NCBI GenBank assembly: GCA_033852415.1
Contig: JAWOMQ010000175.1
Span: 2,362 to 66,361, forward strand
DNA from: Bacteroidota bacterium
Lineage (GTDB): Bacteria; Bacteroidota; Ignavibacteria; UBA10030; SZUA-254
DNA: 64,000 nt
Direction: 5' to 3'
Shown: in pieces, positions 45,862 to 56,136 of the stretch
Layout of the letters: every line of letters begins with the position of its first letter
Numbering within the stretch: the first letter of the stretch is position 1
Notes under the pieces: model-generated
What the model was told of the DNA's origin: nothing
The model's database searches: none
What the model saw: only the letters and a program-made list of their open reading frames with translations
Position numbers and translations under genes: made by a program

Positions 45862-46989
45862 ATGAAGAAAAATCTCATGGGGATGACCCTTCCGCAGCTC
45901 GAAGAATTTGCCGAGTCGATCGGCGAAAAGAGATACCGCGGCAAGCAGCTGTTTGAGTGGCTGTACCGGCGGCGTGCGGGCGAGTTCGAGGTGATGTCCT
46001 CTTTTTCGAAGAAGACCCGCGAGGTGCTTAATGCGAGTGGCTCGATCGGGTCACTGCGTCTTACCGGTGATACCCAGTCACATGGTGACGGGACCAGGAA
46101 GTTCCTCTTTGAGCTGGAGGACGGGAAACGGATCGAAAGCGTCCTTATTCCACCGAGTACTGCGTTTGACAGCCGGAACGCGCGCAATGAAGAAGAACAG
46201 CGCCGGTTAACCCTCTGCGTTTCGACCCAGGTGGGATGCGCACTCGACTGCACGTTCTGTGCTACCGCTTCAATGGGATTTCTTCGTAACCTGACCACGG
46301 GTGAAATTGTGGATCAGCTTATAAGGGTGTCGGAAATCTCGGGCCGGAAAATTACAAATCTGGTCTATATGGGGATGGGCGAGCCTCTCATGAACTATGA
46401 CCATGTGATGGATTCAACGGAGATTATTTCGACGGCGATGGATATTGCAGCTCGCCGGATTACGATCTCGACGGCCGGGTGGGTACCCAGGATCAGGAAA
46501 ATGGCAGAGGAGAAGCGGAAGATGAAACTTGCTGTCTCTCTCCATTCGCTGGACGACGGCACCCGATCGCTTCTCATGCCGATCAATAGGAAGTATCCCC
46601 TTCCGGCACTCATGGAGGTGCTTGCGTACTATTATAAGCTGACGAAACTGCGGGTGACGTTCGAATATATTCTTTTTGACGGCGTAAACGACGGGGAAGC
46701 CGACCTTCGTCGGCTCGTGAAGCTGGCAAGGACAATACCGTGTAAGATCAACATCATCCCATTTCACACGATCGATTTTGTCCGCCCGACCGGACTGTCG
46801 ACCACATTGCGTCCCACACCGGGCGAACGGGCGGACCAATTTGTCCGCAGCCTGCGGGACGCAAACGTGACGGTTTTTGTGAGGAGCAGTGCCGGAGAGG
46901 ATATCACTGCGGCGTGCGGGCAACTTGCAGTCAGGCATCCTGAGCTATCGCGCACAATGCATTACAAATCTGCTTCGCACTCACGGTGA
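45862..46989 (+). CDS. rlmN: 23S rRNA (adenine2503-C2)-methyltransferase RlmN (radical SAM)
   Basis: TLCVSTQVGCALDCTFCATA, GMGEPL and the ...SAGEDITAACGQL C-terminus. Confidence 0.85.
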   Translation: MKKNLMGMTLPQLEEFAESIGEKRYRGKQLFEWLYRRRAGEFEVMSSFSKKTREVLNASGSIGSLRLTGDTQSHGDGTRKFLFELEDGKRIESVLIPPSTAFDSRNARNEEEQRRLTLCVSTQVGCALDCTFCATASMGFLRNLTTGEIVDQLIRVSEISGRKITNLVYMGMGEPLMNYDHVMDSTEIISTAMDIAARRITISTAGWVPRIRKMAEEKRKMKLAVSLHSLDDGTRSLLMPINRKYPLPALMEVLAYYYKLTKLRVTFEYILFDGVNDGEADLRRLVKLARTIPCKINIIPFHTIDFVRPTGLSTTLRPTPGERADQFVRSLRDANVTVFVRSSAGEDITAACGQLAVRHPELSRTMHYKSASHSR

Positions 46990-46994
46990 ATTTC

Positions 46995-49436
46995 ATGAAG
47001 AAACTTTTGTGGTGTTTTCTGACTCTATTATGTACAACGCTTTTTGCGCAACCGGCCCCCCCTCCGCGTCATCTGACGCGCGAGCGGTCTTATCACGTCG
47101 TCCACTATAAGCTGATCCTTTCCATCGACACCAGGAAGAAAACATGTCAGGGGGATGCGGTGATAACACTGACGCCGCTCCGGCCGCAGTTCGATGCGGT
47201 TCTGTTTGATGCTGCAGACCTGCAGGTTTCACGCGTTACTCTGGATGATAAACCGCTTGTGTCCTCGATCAGTGGTGACACCCTTTCCATTAGCCTGAGT
47301 AAACCGTATACATTCACCGACACGCTGACATTGGACATCAAATATTCAGTGGTCGATCCAAAAAAGGGACTTTATTTTATCCAACCCGATAGCGGAAATC
47401 CCCGCGGACAGTGGCAAGCCTGGACGCAGGGAGAGGCGGAAGATAATCATTACTGGTTCCCCTGTTACGATTACCCGAATGATCTTTCCACGAGTGAAAC
47501 AATTGTGACCGTTGATGATCAACTGACCGCGGTCAGCAACGGCAGCTTATTGGAGAAGACACTCGATAAAAAGCATCATACTGCAACCTTTCACTGGCTT
47601 GAATCGAAACCTCATGTTTCGTATCTCATCTCGCTTGCGGTTGCTCAATACGTCAATGTCGAAGATTCTGCGGGATCACTTCCGATTGAAAATTACGTCT
47701 ACCCGCACGAGGAAGACGATGCGGTGCGCTCGTTCGGTAACACATCGTCAATGATCGAGTATTTCTCGAAGAAGATTAACTTTCCGTTTCCCTGGGAGAA
47801 GTATGGGCACGCCCTGGTGGAAAATTTTATGTTCAGCGGAGAGGAAAATGTGAGTATCTCGACGATCACGGATCACACGATCCACGACGCGAGGGCCGAT
47901 TTGGATTATTCGAGTGATCCGCTCGTTGCTCACGAGCTCGCACATCAATGGTGGGGGGATCTTGTCTCATTCCGGGACTGGTCGCACGCATGGTTAAGCG
48001 AGGGATTCGCGACGTTCTTCGAAATGGCATATGAAGAACATGCTCACGGACACGATGTGGGCGCGAAAGTTCTGCACGATGCCCAGCAACTCGTTGTGAA
48101 CAGCGATAGGTTCGACAGCCGCAGGCCGACCGTGTGTGATCGGTATAATAATCCAATGGAATTGTTTGACAACAGGATCTATCAAAAAGGAGCTTGCGTC
48201 CTGCATATGCTCCGATATGTACTGGGGGAGGAGCTTTTTTGGAAGTCACTCGATTATTATGTTCATAAATTCGCCTTTCATAATGCCGAAACGAACGATC
48301 TGAAGGTTGCTATCGAGGAAGCGACAGGCTACAATCTGCAGTGGTTTTTTGATGAATGGTTGTACCATGCCGGGTATCCGGAATTTTTCGTTCAAACATC
48401 GTGGGATAAGAGCACGCAATCGGTTTTCGTGACGGTTAAACAGCAGCAGAAGATCGACTCGCTTACACCTGTCTTTCGAACGCCGGTTGATATCGAGGTG
48501 TGGGTCCACGACGTCCCACAGACTTACCGGGTTGAAATTACCCAGCGCGAGGAACGGTTCTCATTTCCGGCATACCAACAACCTCAGCTGGTGATTTTCG
48601 ATAAGGGTGGTCAATTGCTAAAGCGTGAAGTCTTTCAGAAGTCATTGGATGAATGGCTCTACCAGCTGCAGCATGCTGAAGAGGGCATGGACCGGCTGGC
48701 AGCTCTCGAAGAGCTTCAATGGGTCGTCGACTCAAGCAGAGTCAGGATGGCGGTTGAAAAAGGGGCGCTCGAGGACTATTTCCCGGAGGTCAGGAGAGAT
48801 GCGACCTGGGCGCTCGGTGATGTTAAATCGACAGACGAAACCGATAACCTCATCAAGGCATACGGAGACAGAGAATCGGGGGTACGGGTCGCAAGCGTGA
48901 CATCTCTGGGAAAGCACAGGGGCGAAAAGGTCGTGAGCACGCTTACGCACGCCTTTGAACGCGATTCGAGCTATGTTGTCGCAGCAGCTGCGCTGCGTTC
49001 CCTGGTGTTGGCGGATTCCGTCCATCGCCGGGAGTATCTGAGTAAGGCGCTTCTGCGCGATTCGTACAATGAGGGTATCCGATCGGCGGCGCTCCAGTGT
49101 TTTGCTGAAATCGGCGATCGCGAGGCAATTGATACAATTATTGCGTACACGCATCCCGGTCATCGCCGGGATCTCCGGATTCAGGCCATACGGTCTCTGG
49201 GTTCGTTATGGAATGGGCGCGACGATATTCTGCAATACATATTCCGATATCTCAAGGATCCCAGTTACTTTGTCCGTCGCTCAACAGTAGATGTCATGGC
49301 GAGAATAGGCAATGCAGAGGTGCTCCACCGGCTGAAGGAGTTCAGTACCGAGGAAACCGACCCCCGCCTCGTGAAAGTGGTCAGGGAGGCGATACAACGG
49401 GTTGAGGATGCTCTGAACCGGAAAGATTCTCATTAG
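46995..49436 (+). CDS. M1 family zinc metallopeptidase with C-terminal HEAT/PBS-lyase repeats, secreted
   Basis: Signal peptide MKKLLWCFLTLLCTTLFAQ. HELAHQWWGDLV...WLSEGFATF (HExxH + E). The exopeptidase GAMEN position reads FSGEEN. The C-terminus has EVRRDATWALGDV-type HEAT repeats. Confidence 0.75.
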   Translation: MKKLLWCFLTLLCTTLFAQPAPPPRHLTRERSYHVVHYKLILSIDTRKKTCQGDAVITLTPLRPQFDAVLFDAADLQVSRVTLDDKPLVSSISGDTLSISLSKPYTFTDTLTLDIKYSVVDPKKGLYFIQPDSGNPRGQWQAWTQGEAEDNHYWFPCYDYPNDLSTSETIVTVDDQLTAVSNGSLLEKTLDKKHHTATFHWLESKPHVSYLISLAVAQYVNVEDSAGSLPIENYVYPHEEDDAVRSFGNTSSMIEYFSKKINFPFPWEKYGHALVENFMFSGEENVSISTITDHTIHDARADLDYSSDPLVAHELAHQWWGDLVSFRDWSHAWLSEGFATFFEMAYEEHAHGHDVGAKVLHDAQQLVVNSDRFDSRRPTVCDRYNNPMELFDNRIYQKGACVLHMLRYVLGEELFWKSLDYYVHKFAFHNAETNDLKVAIEEATGYNLQWFFDEWLYHAGYPEFFVQTSWDKSTQSVFVTVKQQQKIDSLTPVFRTPVDIEVWVHDVPQTYRVEITQREERFSFPAYQQPQLVIFDKGGQLLKREVFQKSLDEWLYQLQHAEEGMDRLAALEELQWVVDSSRVRMAVEKGALEDYFPEVRRDATWALGDVKSTDETDNLIKAYGDRESGVRVASVTSLGKHRGEKVVSTLTHAFERDSSYVVAAAALRSLVLADSVHRREYLSKALLRDSYNEGIRSAALQCFAEIGDREAIDTIIAYTHPGHRRDLRIQAIRSLGSLWNGRDDILQYIFRYLKDPSYFVRRSTVDVMARIGNAEVLHRLKEFSTEETDPRLVKVVREAIQRVEDALNRKDSH

Positions 49437-49447
49437 GAAGGAAATGT

Positions 49448-50095
49448 ATGCGTTTGATACTTTTTGGTCCGCCCGGCGTTGGGAAGGGAACACAGGCAAA
49501 ACTTCTCTCGGGGCGGTTACATGTTCCTCATATCTCCACAGGAGATATGCTCCGGGAAGCAATCGCGATGGGGAGTGAGCTTGGCAAAAAGGCAAAATCG
49601 GTCATGGATGGTGGGAATCTCGTCTCGGATGATATCATGATAGGAATTATCGGTGATGTAGTGCGGTCGGAACGATGCCGGGACGGTTTTATCCTTGATG
49701 GGTTCCCGCGGACAGTACCGCAGGCCGAAGCACTTACCGGTCTGATGAAGAAGCTGGGAATTGCCATAGATCTGGTTGTGAACATGGAAGTGGACAAACA
49801 GGAGGTAGTTGCACGATTAGGAAAGAGGGTCTCGTGTACACGATGCGGAAAAATTTTCAATCTTGCCCTGGACCACTTGCGTGTAGGAGACAGCTGTCCC
49901 TCATGTGGCGGGAAGCTCATCCAGCGTGATGACGACAAGCCGGAGACTGTCCTGAAGCGGCTGAATGTGTATGAGCAATCGACAGCGCCGGTAAAGGATT
50001 ATTACTCACGGTTAGGGCTCCTGAAGAGCGTCAATGCGAACGGTCCAATCGCGCGGGTCACGCGTGAAATTTTGTCGCTCCTCCCGGCACCGTGA
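49448..50095 (+). CDS. adk: adenylate kinase
   Basis: MRLILFGPPGVGKGTQA. Zn-lid cysteines CTRCGKIF...CPSCGG. Confidence 0.9.
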   Translation: MRLILFGPPGVGKGTQAKLLSGRLHVPHISTGDMLREAIAMGSELGKKAKSVMDGGNLVSDDIMIGIIGDVVRSERCRDGFILDGFPRTVPQAEALTGLMKKLGIAIDLVVNMEVDKQEVVARLGKRVSCTRCGKIFNLALDHLRVGDSCPSCGGKLIQRDDDKPETVLKRLNVYEQSTAPVKDYYSRLGLLKSVNANGPIARVTREILSLLPAP

Positions 50096-50847
50096 GCATC
50101 TCCTGGCTGTCGCGATTCCGCACTCCTCTTCTTGTTGCTCACCGCGGATCATCTGCAAGGGCGCCTGAGAATACACTCGCCGCGTTCCGGGCGGCCATCG
50201 AGGACGGCGCGGATGGAGTGGAGCTGGATGTCCGGCTCTCGCGCGATCAGGTAGTGGTCGTTTGTCACGATGCATTGCTGGGCAGGTGCTCCACGGGCCG
50301 CGGCAGAGTATCCGGAAAAACTGTGGAGGAATTGAAACAGTACAGCGCCGGAGCATGGTTTGGGAGACAGTTTTCGTCTGAACGAATTCCCACGCTGGCA
50401 GAGGTATTTGAAGAAGTCGGCGATCGGATCGCGATCAACGTCGAACTGAAGGCCGACCGGTTTGATCGTACCTATGTGCTTGTCGATCGCTGCTGCGAAG
50501 TGATACGGAAATTCAGGCGTGAGAAATCCACTCTTGTAACATCGTTCCATCACGCACATATTAGACGAGTCAGGCAATCACTTCCGGATCTCCCCACAGG
50601 ATTGCTTCTCCATCATTTTCATCTTCTGACCAAAACATGGGAAAAGTATGCCCGGGGTTACGGGGTTGAATATCTGATTGTCGGCGGACAGTCGCTTCGC
50701 AAATCGCTCGTCGAGCGGGCACACAAGCGCGGCATACGAGTAGGAGAGTTTACCGTGCTTACCCAACGACGATTGCAGAGAGCCCTGCGGTACGGTACCG
50801 ATGTCGTGATTACGGACGACCCGGCAAGGATGAGGATGTATTTGTAA
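50092..50847 (+). CDS. glycerophosphodiester phosphodiesterase (GDPD family)
   Basis: LVAHRGSSARAPENTLAAFRAAIEDGADGVELDVRLSRDQVVVVCHD. ATGA overlap with adk. Confidence 0.8.
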   Translation: MSISWLSRFRTPLLVAHRGSSARAPENTLAAFRAAIEDGADGVELDVRLSRDQVVVVCHDALLGRCSTGRGRVSGKTVEELKQYSAGAWFGRQFSSERIPTLAEVFEEVGDRIAINVELKADRFDRTYVLVDRCCEVIRKFRREKSTLVTSFHHAHIRRVRQSLPDLPTGLLLHHFHLLTKTWEKYARGYGVEYLIVGGQSLRKSLVERAHKRGIRVGEFTVLTQRRLQRALRYGTDVVITDDPARMRMYL

Positions 50848-50886
50848 AATCCGCGCCGGCCAGGCAGTGGTGCCTCCCTTGATTAT

Positions 50887-51471
50887 TCAGTTCTGGATGG
50901 TCGTAAAAACCTGTGTGTACAATTTTAGATGTGCTGCAAAATGGAGCGGCGCAGTTGAGCCGACACCGCCGAACGCGATAAATACCGTCGGTTGGGGCGT
51001 CTGACGGAGAAGATCGTGCAACGTAAGAATGGCTGTGCTGCGGTATGTGAAGCCGGAGTCAGCGAGTTTCGGATCGAATATTGACCGCTCGGTTGCAAAT
51101 GACCGGATGTCGGTTGAATTCATCGTTATGAGAGTATCGCTGCCTGAATTATTGGTGCGGAGCATGAACAATCCCGAGAGCTTTGTATCCGGAGCCATCC
51201 CGGTTGTGCTGTCGATGACGAGCGTGATGTTGAATAACCTAATGGAGTCGACCTCATTGTCAAGCCCGGCAAGGACCTTGCTCAAACTCACGGAAGTCGA
51301 ATCCCCAAAGAATGCGGTAAGTTGATTAACGCTGAGATTCACGCTCACCGGAGAGCCGTCCAGGATCACCGGATTGGTTCCGATTTCGCATCCTGCCATT
51401 AGAATGAGGAGGATGCATGCGCTAATCTGTGGCAGAGAGGAAACACGTTTCATCTCGATTCCTTTCATCAT
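50887..51471 (-). CDS. hypothetical lipoprotein
   Basis: Signal/lipobox LILMAGC. Rich in Ser/Thr and beta-structure. 3-nt gap to the upstream OMP-like gene on the same strand. Confidence 0.5.
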   Translation of the reverse strand: MMKGIEMKRVSSLPQISACILLILMAGCEIGTNPVILDGSPVSVNLSVNQLTAFFGDSTSVSLSKVLAGLDNEVDSIRLFNITLVIDSTTGMAPDTKLSGLFMLRTNNSGSDTLITMNSTDIRSFATERSIFDPKLADSGFTYRSTAILTLHDLLRQTPQPTVFIAFGGVGSTAPLHFAAHLKLYTQVFTTIQN

Positions 51472-51474
51472 CGG

Positions 51475-52386
51475 TTACATGCCGAATCCAATTCCGGCGC
51501 TGACGGCGGTAACATTACCGACGCTGATATCCCCGTTCAGGTTCACAAGTGCGAAGTTCAGGTTAAGTCCGATTGTTGCGCGAATGGTATTGGTGGCGGA
51601 TAGATCAAGGCTGACCTTGCTGACCGGTTGTCCTTTGAAGACATAATCGAGCGAGGTGGTCGACGATTCATACTGAAGCCCGCCATAGACAGTAGCGATG
51701 GAAAATGATTTACTACCCTGGAACCCGAACGCCGTCGCAGTTGCTGATACATAATCCCCGAACGTAAACTTCTGATAGAACAAGCCCGCCGTGACATTTA
51801 TTGGGAGCACGGGAAAATATTTGTTCAGGCTGTGGCGAATGCCGCCCCCGGCTAACGTGGATCGCGGAATATTCCCCATTTCAGGAATCTGGATAAATCG
51901 CACAACCGCCTGCGTTCCGAAGAGATTGCCGATTGTTACCTGGGGCGTACCGAACGGCATGAACGAGGTATTGAACTGCCCGTTTTGAAATTGATATGAG
52001 AGACCAGGGGCCGGTCCCTGGATAATGGTCCCTTTATCGCCGAACACCGACGCGGTTTGCACGGGATTATGGGAATAGCCGGGACTCTGCGGGGGAAGGC
52101 CGGTGCAGACCTTCTCTGCGTCCCCAATGATTGTTCCCATGCCGACGATTTGAAATTGAAAATAGAAACCGAGATCACCAATTTCCGCAGTGTGATAGAA
52201 TCCGGAATTGAGGTTAGCGCCGATGGTATTGACAAATGGCTGGAGGTAATTGCGAACATTCATTGAATTCAATTGTTGCAGAGTTTCTTCAAACGGAGTC
52301 TGTGCCTGCACATTGCTGGTCAAGAATATCACGGCCGCGATCGCGATCATGATTCGTGCGGTTAACAGACCTGATTTTTGTCTCAT
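51475..52386 (-). CDS. putative outer-membrane beta-barrel protein
   Basis: Signal peptide ...IAIAAVIFLTSNVQA at the internal ATG. Alternating amphipathic strands. Gly/aromatic-rich to the C-terminus. Confidence 0.45.
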   Translation of the reverse strand: MRQKSGLLTARIMIAIAAVIFLTSNVQAQTPFEETLQQLNSMNVRNYLQPFVNTIGANLNSGFYHTAEIGDLGFYFQFQIVGMGTIIGDAEKVCTGLPPQSPGYSHNPVQTASVFGDKGTIIQGPAPGLSYQFQNGQFNTSFMPFGTPQVTIGNLFGTQAVVRFIQIPEMGNIPRSTLAGGGIRHSLNKYFPVLPINVTAGLFYQKFTFGDYVSATATAFGFQGSKSFSIATVYGGLQYESSTTSLDYVFKGQPVSKVSLDLSATNTIRATIGLNLNFALVNLNGDISVGNVTAVSAGIGFGM

Positions 52387-52588
52387 ACGTTCTCCATCCT
52401 GGTCTTTGTGAAAATAGAAAAACGCGCGGTGGCTCGCAACAAAGTCAGTGATAGCGGTCACAAGAATCCGGGAACGTCTGCTTTTAATCAGTATATTTTT
52501 TGGCTAGAATGATGACACGTGTATTGAAAACGAACGTGGTAGGAGCATTGGAAGTTAAAATGGACTTTGGTATATTCATTCCGCCCTG

Positions 52589-55210
52589 GTGGGAATGAAC
52601 ATTGTCATGGTGAAGGTATTGAAAACATACGGGTACGGTCTCCTCGTTGCGGCGCTGAGCGGTGCGATACTTTCTGGCTGCGGGCGGAGTTCGGAGCATA
52701 AGGGCAATGAAGCCGTTGACAAACTGACACAAGCGGCAGGATTGCTGAAGGACCAACGGTATGTTGAGGCGCTCAACCTTGCACGCGATGTCGTGCAGCT
52801 CAACTCGCAACTTCAAAATGACACCGCTCTGGCAAATTCGTATCTCTTTCTCGCCCGCTGCCACCGTGAAATCGGAGTTTATGACAGTGCTCTTTATGAT
52901 TACGAGCACGCGGCGCAATGTGCGCACAACGTCGCCGAGAAAAGGCTCGAACGTAAGGCCCAGATCGAGCTGGCTGAATTCGACCTCTCCATGGGGCGAT
53001 GCGCGGATGCGTTCACTCTTGCATCTGACGCTGCTACTGAGGCAAAACTCTTTGGGGATCTCTCCGACCGGTATACCGCCCTTGCAACCGTGGCTTCCGC
53101 AAACCATAGTCTCAGAAGATATGACGATGAACAACAGGCCTTAGGGGAGATGATCCTGATTGATTCCCTTGCCCAGCGGGGGCGCGCGCATGATTCACTT
53201 CAGGCACTCCTCTTCCGTTCTGTAGCAGCCCAGGGAAAACCCGACGCAATCTATCAGGCATTTCGCCGCTGGTATGTTTCCGCATCGGCGCTGCATGATG
53301 ATTTTGGGAGGGCAAATGCATGGTATGAATACGGCGTATGGCAACAACATAACGACATGCCTGATAGTGCGTTCCATGCCTTCTCCCGGGCGCTTGATGC
53401 ACTGGGAGCTGAAACACAAACTCCGCTTCAATTATCGATATGGACATCACTCGGTAATGTTTCTTACGGCCAGCGGAGGTTCGATAATGCCACAACATAT
53501 TATTCCAATGGGCTGGCTCTTGCACAAAAACTGCACAAAACTGCTTCAAGCTTTGTATTTCGTCTGGCGCTCCTCGCCACGGAATGGAAACGCCAGCCGC
53601 ATGGCAACCCTGCAGAGTACCTCCGGGCTGCGCAGCGCATTGCCGACAGCTGTCATCAGGCAGGGTTTCGACGGGGCGAGGCATTTGCGGACTTTCTCGC
53701 GGGCATCCTGGCGGAACAGCGGAACGACGCCGACCACGCTGCTGCGTACTACCAGAAGTCCTGGAGCATTTTGGGTGAATCGTTCAATACCCGACACGAC
53801 TTTTTCGACATCTTCCTGGAGGTCGAGGGAAGAACGTGGAGTGATCCCTTACTGAAGGCGTTCTGTGTTGCGAACCAGGCTGACAGCGCATTTGTCCTTG
53901 CAGAAAATGTCAACAGACATGACCTCATTGATTTCCTTTCGGGGGTCAGGCTGAGAACAATCCATGAGGATCTCAATCAGAGGGTCGCCGATGTCCAATG
54001 GCTGTACCAATCGATGAAAGTGAATGAGAATGAAGCTGAACAGGCGCTCGAGGATGACCCGCCGCGAGCAACGGATGTCAGAGTTCTCTATCTCGACCGC
54101 CAGATCTCTGCCGATCTCGATAGAATTGGCGTACTCAGCAGTGAGCTGGGCAAAGTCAATAACAATTTTTCCCTCATGTTTTCGCGGAGGCCAATCGGTC
54201 TTCATGAAATACAGGGAGCGTTAACTCCCGGGAATGGCCTCCTGGAATTTATCCCGCTCGAGAATCAGCTGTATGTTCTCCTCGTGAAGAATGACACATC
54301 GTTTCTCATCCACGTCAATGTAAACCGGACTTATCTCCTTTCTCTGGTCGGGGATTATCTGCATCTGATGGGTGAGCTGCGCCTCAGCAGCTTTGGCCTG
54401 CGGATGTCCGAGCCGGCTGCGCTGCGTCGGATCAATGAGCTGTCATCCGTCTTGTACAATTTCATAATAGCACCGGTATCAAAAGAGATTGTAGCACTCC
54501 AGAAGCTCTACGTCGTGCTGCCTGAGAGTTTTTCGTGGCTGCCGGTGCACACGCTTAGAGGTGACGGGAGCGCCCTTGGTCAGCGGATAAACATTTCATA
54601 TTTACCGAGCGCGGCCGCACTCCTGTTCAGCCAGCCGAAAGAAATGTGGGTAAAGAAGGTTATAGGTTTAGGGCATCCCGGCTCGACCACGTGGGATGTG
54701 GAATATGAACTGAAGGATATCAGGAGTTTCTTCGACAAGGCAGCAATGTTCTTCGACACGAGTGCGACGCTGACTCACCTTGCCGATTCCACCTACGATC
54801 TTCTCCACCTCGCCGGGGAATTCCTGCTTGACCGGGACGTAGCAGAAAATTCCCACATCGTCCTGGCAGATGGACGCACCTCGTATGGTACACGGGACGT
54901 CTCACTGGGAGAAATGCTCCACATGCCTGTTCCGGAAATCCTGGTTTTCAGCAATATTTCAGACCGGCCGGGCGGGCTCCAGCGCTATGCACCCTACCTC
55001 TTCCTTGCGAACGGATCATCAACCGTCATTGCGACAATGTGGCAGGGTGATCGCAGGACGAAGAAAGCCTTCGGCGAGGGTTTCTATACAAATCTCTTCA
55101 TGGGAATCACCGCAACCGATTCTTATTTCAAGGCGATTAGTGCGGTGGCGAAGCGTGAGGAGTTATCGCACGTGCAGCGGTGGGGGATGTACTACCAATT
55201 CGGCAAGTGA
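52589..55210 (+). CDS. TPR-repeat + CHAT-domain lipoprotein; catalytic His/Cys positions appear substituted
   Basis: Lipobox LSGC. The N-terminal two-thirds is TPR-like helical repeats. The C-terminal 300 aa follow the CHAT block order (LPVHTL, ISYLPSAAALLF, LLHLAGEF, EILVFSNISDRPGG, FLANGSSTVIATMWQ.D, HVQRWGMYYQFGK). Where CHAT has HlatHG and LSACe, this reads HLAGEF and FSNIS. Confidence 0.6.
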   Translation: MGMNIVMVKVLKTYGYGLLVAALSGAILSGCGRSSEHKGNEAVDKLTQAAGLLKDQRYVEALNLARDVVQLNSQLQNDTALANSYLFLARCHREIGVYDSALYDYEHAAQCAHNVAEKRLERKAQIELAEFDLSMGRCADAFTLASDAATEAKLFGDLSDRYTALATVASANHSLRRYDDEQQALGEMILIDSLAQRGRAHDSLQALLFRSVAAQGKPDAIYQAFRRWYVSASALHDDFGRANAWYEYGVWQQHNDMPDSAFHAFSRALDALGAETQTPLQLSIWTSLGNVSYGQRRFDNATTYYSNGLALAQKLHKTASSFVFRLALLATEWKRQPHGNPAEYLRAAQRIADSCHQAGFRRGEAFADFLAGILAEQRNDADHAAAYYQKSWSILGESFNTRHDFFDIFLEVEGRTWSDPLLKAFCVANQADSAFVLAENVNRHDLIDFLSGVRLRTIHEDLNQRVADVQWLYQSMKVNENEAEQALEDDPPRATDVRVLYLDRQISADLDRIGVLSSELGKVNNNFSLMFSRRPIGLHEIQGALTPGNGLLEFIPLENQLYVLLVKNDTSFLIHVNVNRTYLLSLVGDYLHLMGELRLSSFGLRMSEPAALRRINELSSVLYNFIIAPVSKEIVALQKLYVVLPESFSWLPVHTLRGDGSALGQRINISYLPSAAALLFSQPKEMWVKKVIGLGHPGSTTWDVEYELKDIRSFFDKAAMFFDTSATLTHLADSTYDLLHLAGEFLLDRDVAENSHIVLADGRTSYGTRDVSLGEMLHMPVPEILVFSNISDRPGGLQRYAPYLFLANGSSTVIATMWQGDRRTKKAFGEGFYTNLFMGITATDSYFKAISAVAKREELSHVQRWGMYYQFGK

Positions 55211-55211
55211 T

Positions 55212-56099
55212 TTAACGTTCGCGGCGGATCTTTATCGCACCAAGTCCGGCTTCCACGCGGATATTCATCTTCCCTTCCGCGGTGCGGTAGTTCGCGCTGT
55301 AGTAATTGTTTTCCTCCGCCTCGTTGAATTCTTTATCGAGATCGAAATGCGCGATCCAGTTCTTTTCATAAATAATTTTCGCGCCGATGTTCTCGGGAAT
55401 ATACACGATCAACGAGCCGAGCCCGACCTCAATATCAACGTCAACTTCTCGTTTCAATTCTCCGTCGAAATCAAGCGTGTATGATCCAACCCCTCCTTCG
55501 AACTTCAATCTGTTGAAGTTTGCGTTACACAGGCCTTTCCCCTCGAACTTACTCAGTCCCGATTCAATGGTCAGGTTCTCGATCACGCTCTTGTTCGGTT
55601 TATCGAACCGCAGTTGAACGGAGCTGGCACCGGCCGAGAGTTTCAGATCTTTCACATCCAGTCCGCTGAGGTCGATATTTCCTGATCCGAGCCCGAGTCC
55701 GAGTTCGAACGAGATTGGGATTGCGTCGGTGAATTTCATATCCCAGGTGTTGGAATGAAAGCCGTCGAAATTAATCGAGTGATGGCGGGAATGCGATTCT
55801 TCGTTCGCATTTGTATTGACCGAAAGATAGCCAATACCCCCCCGGGGTGTATAATCGAAGAAATCGCTCACGGGGTTTTCCTTCTCGGTCGTGATGTCGG
55901 CGTCAACAATCGTCGAAGATTTTCCCCGGGAGATTGTAACATCGCCAAAGCCTGCATCGAGCGTTACTTTGAGTTCCCGTTCGTTGGTAAGAGGGATTGC
56001 TTTATGGTAGAAGTGGGAAGAGACGTAGGCGAAACCGCTGAACAAAAGGGCAAACAGAGCAACCGCGGCTAATGTAATATAAACGGGTCGTAAAGTCAT
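55212..56099 (-). CDS. membrane-anchored DUF4097/LiaF-like (toast-rack beta-helix) protein, putative anti-sigma-associated
   Basis: N-terminal TM anchor. Repeated GxGxVxI/L short strands (VDVDIEVGLGSLIVYIP..., EAGLGAIKIR). Directly downstream of the ECF sigma gene on the same strand. Confidence 0.45.
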   Translation of the reverse strand: MTLRPVYITLAAVALFALLFSGFAYVSSHFYHKAIPLTNERELKVTLDAGFGDVTISRGKSSTIVDADITTEKENPVSDFFDYTPRGGIGYLSVNTNANEESHSRHHSINFDGFHSNTWDMKFTDAIPISFELGLGLGSGNIDLSGLDVKDLKLSAGASSVQLRFDKPNKSVIENLTIESGLSKFEGKGLCNANFNRLKFEGGVGSYTLDFDGELKREVDVDIEVGLGSLIVYIPENIGAKIIYEKNWIAHFDLDKEFNEAEENNYYSANYRTAEGKMNIRVEAGLGAIKIRRER

Positions 56100-56136
56100 C
56101 TTTTACTTGGCTTTACGAAAGGTGGGGGAAAATGTT

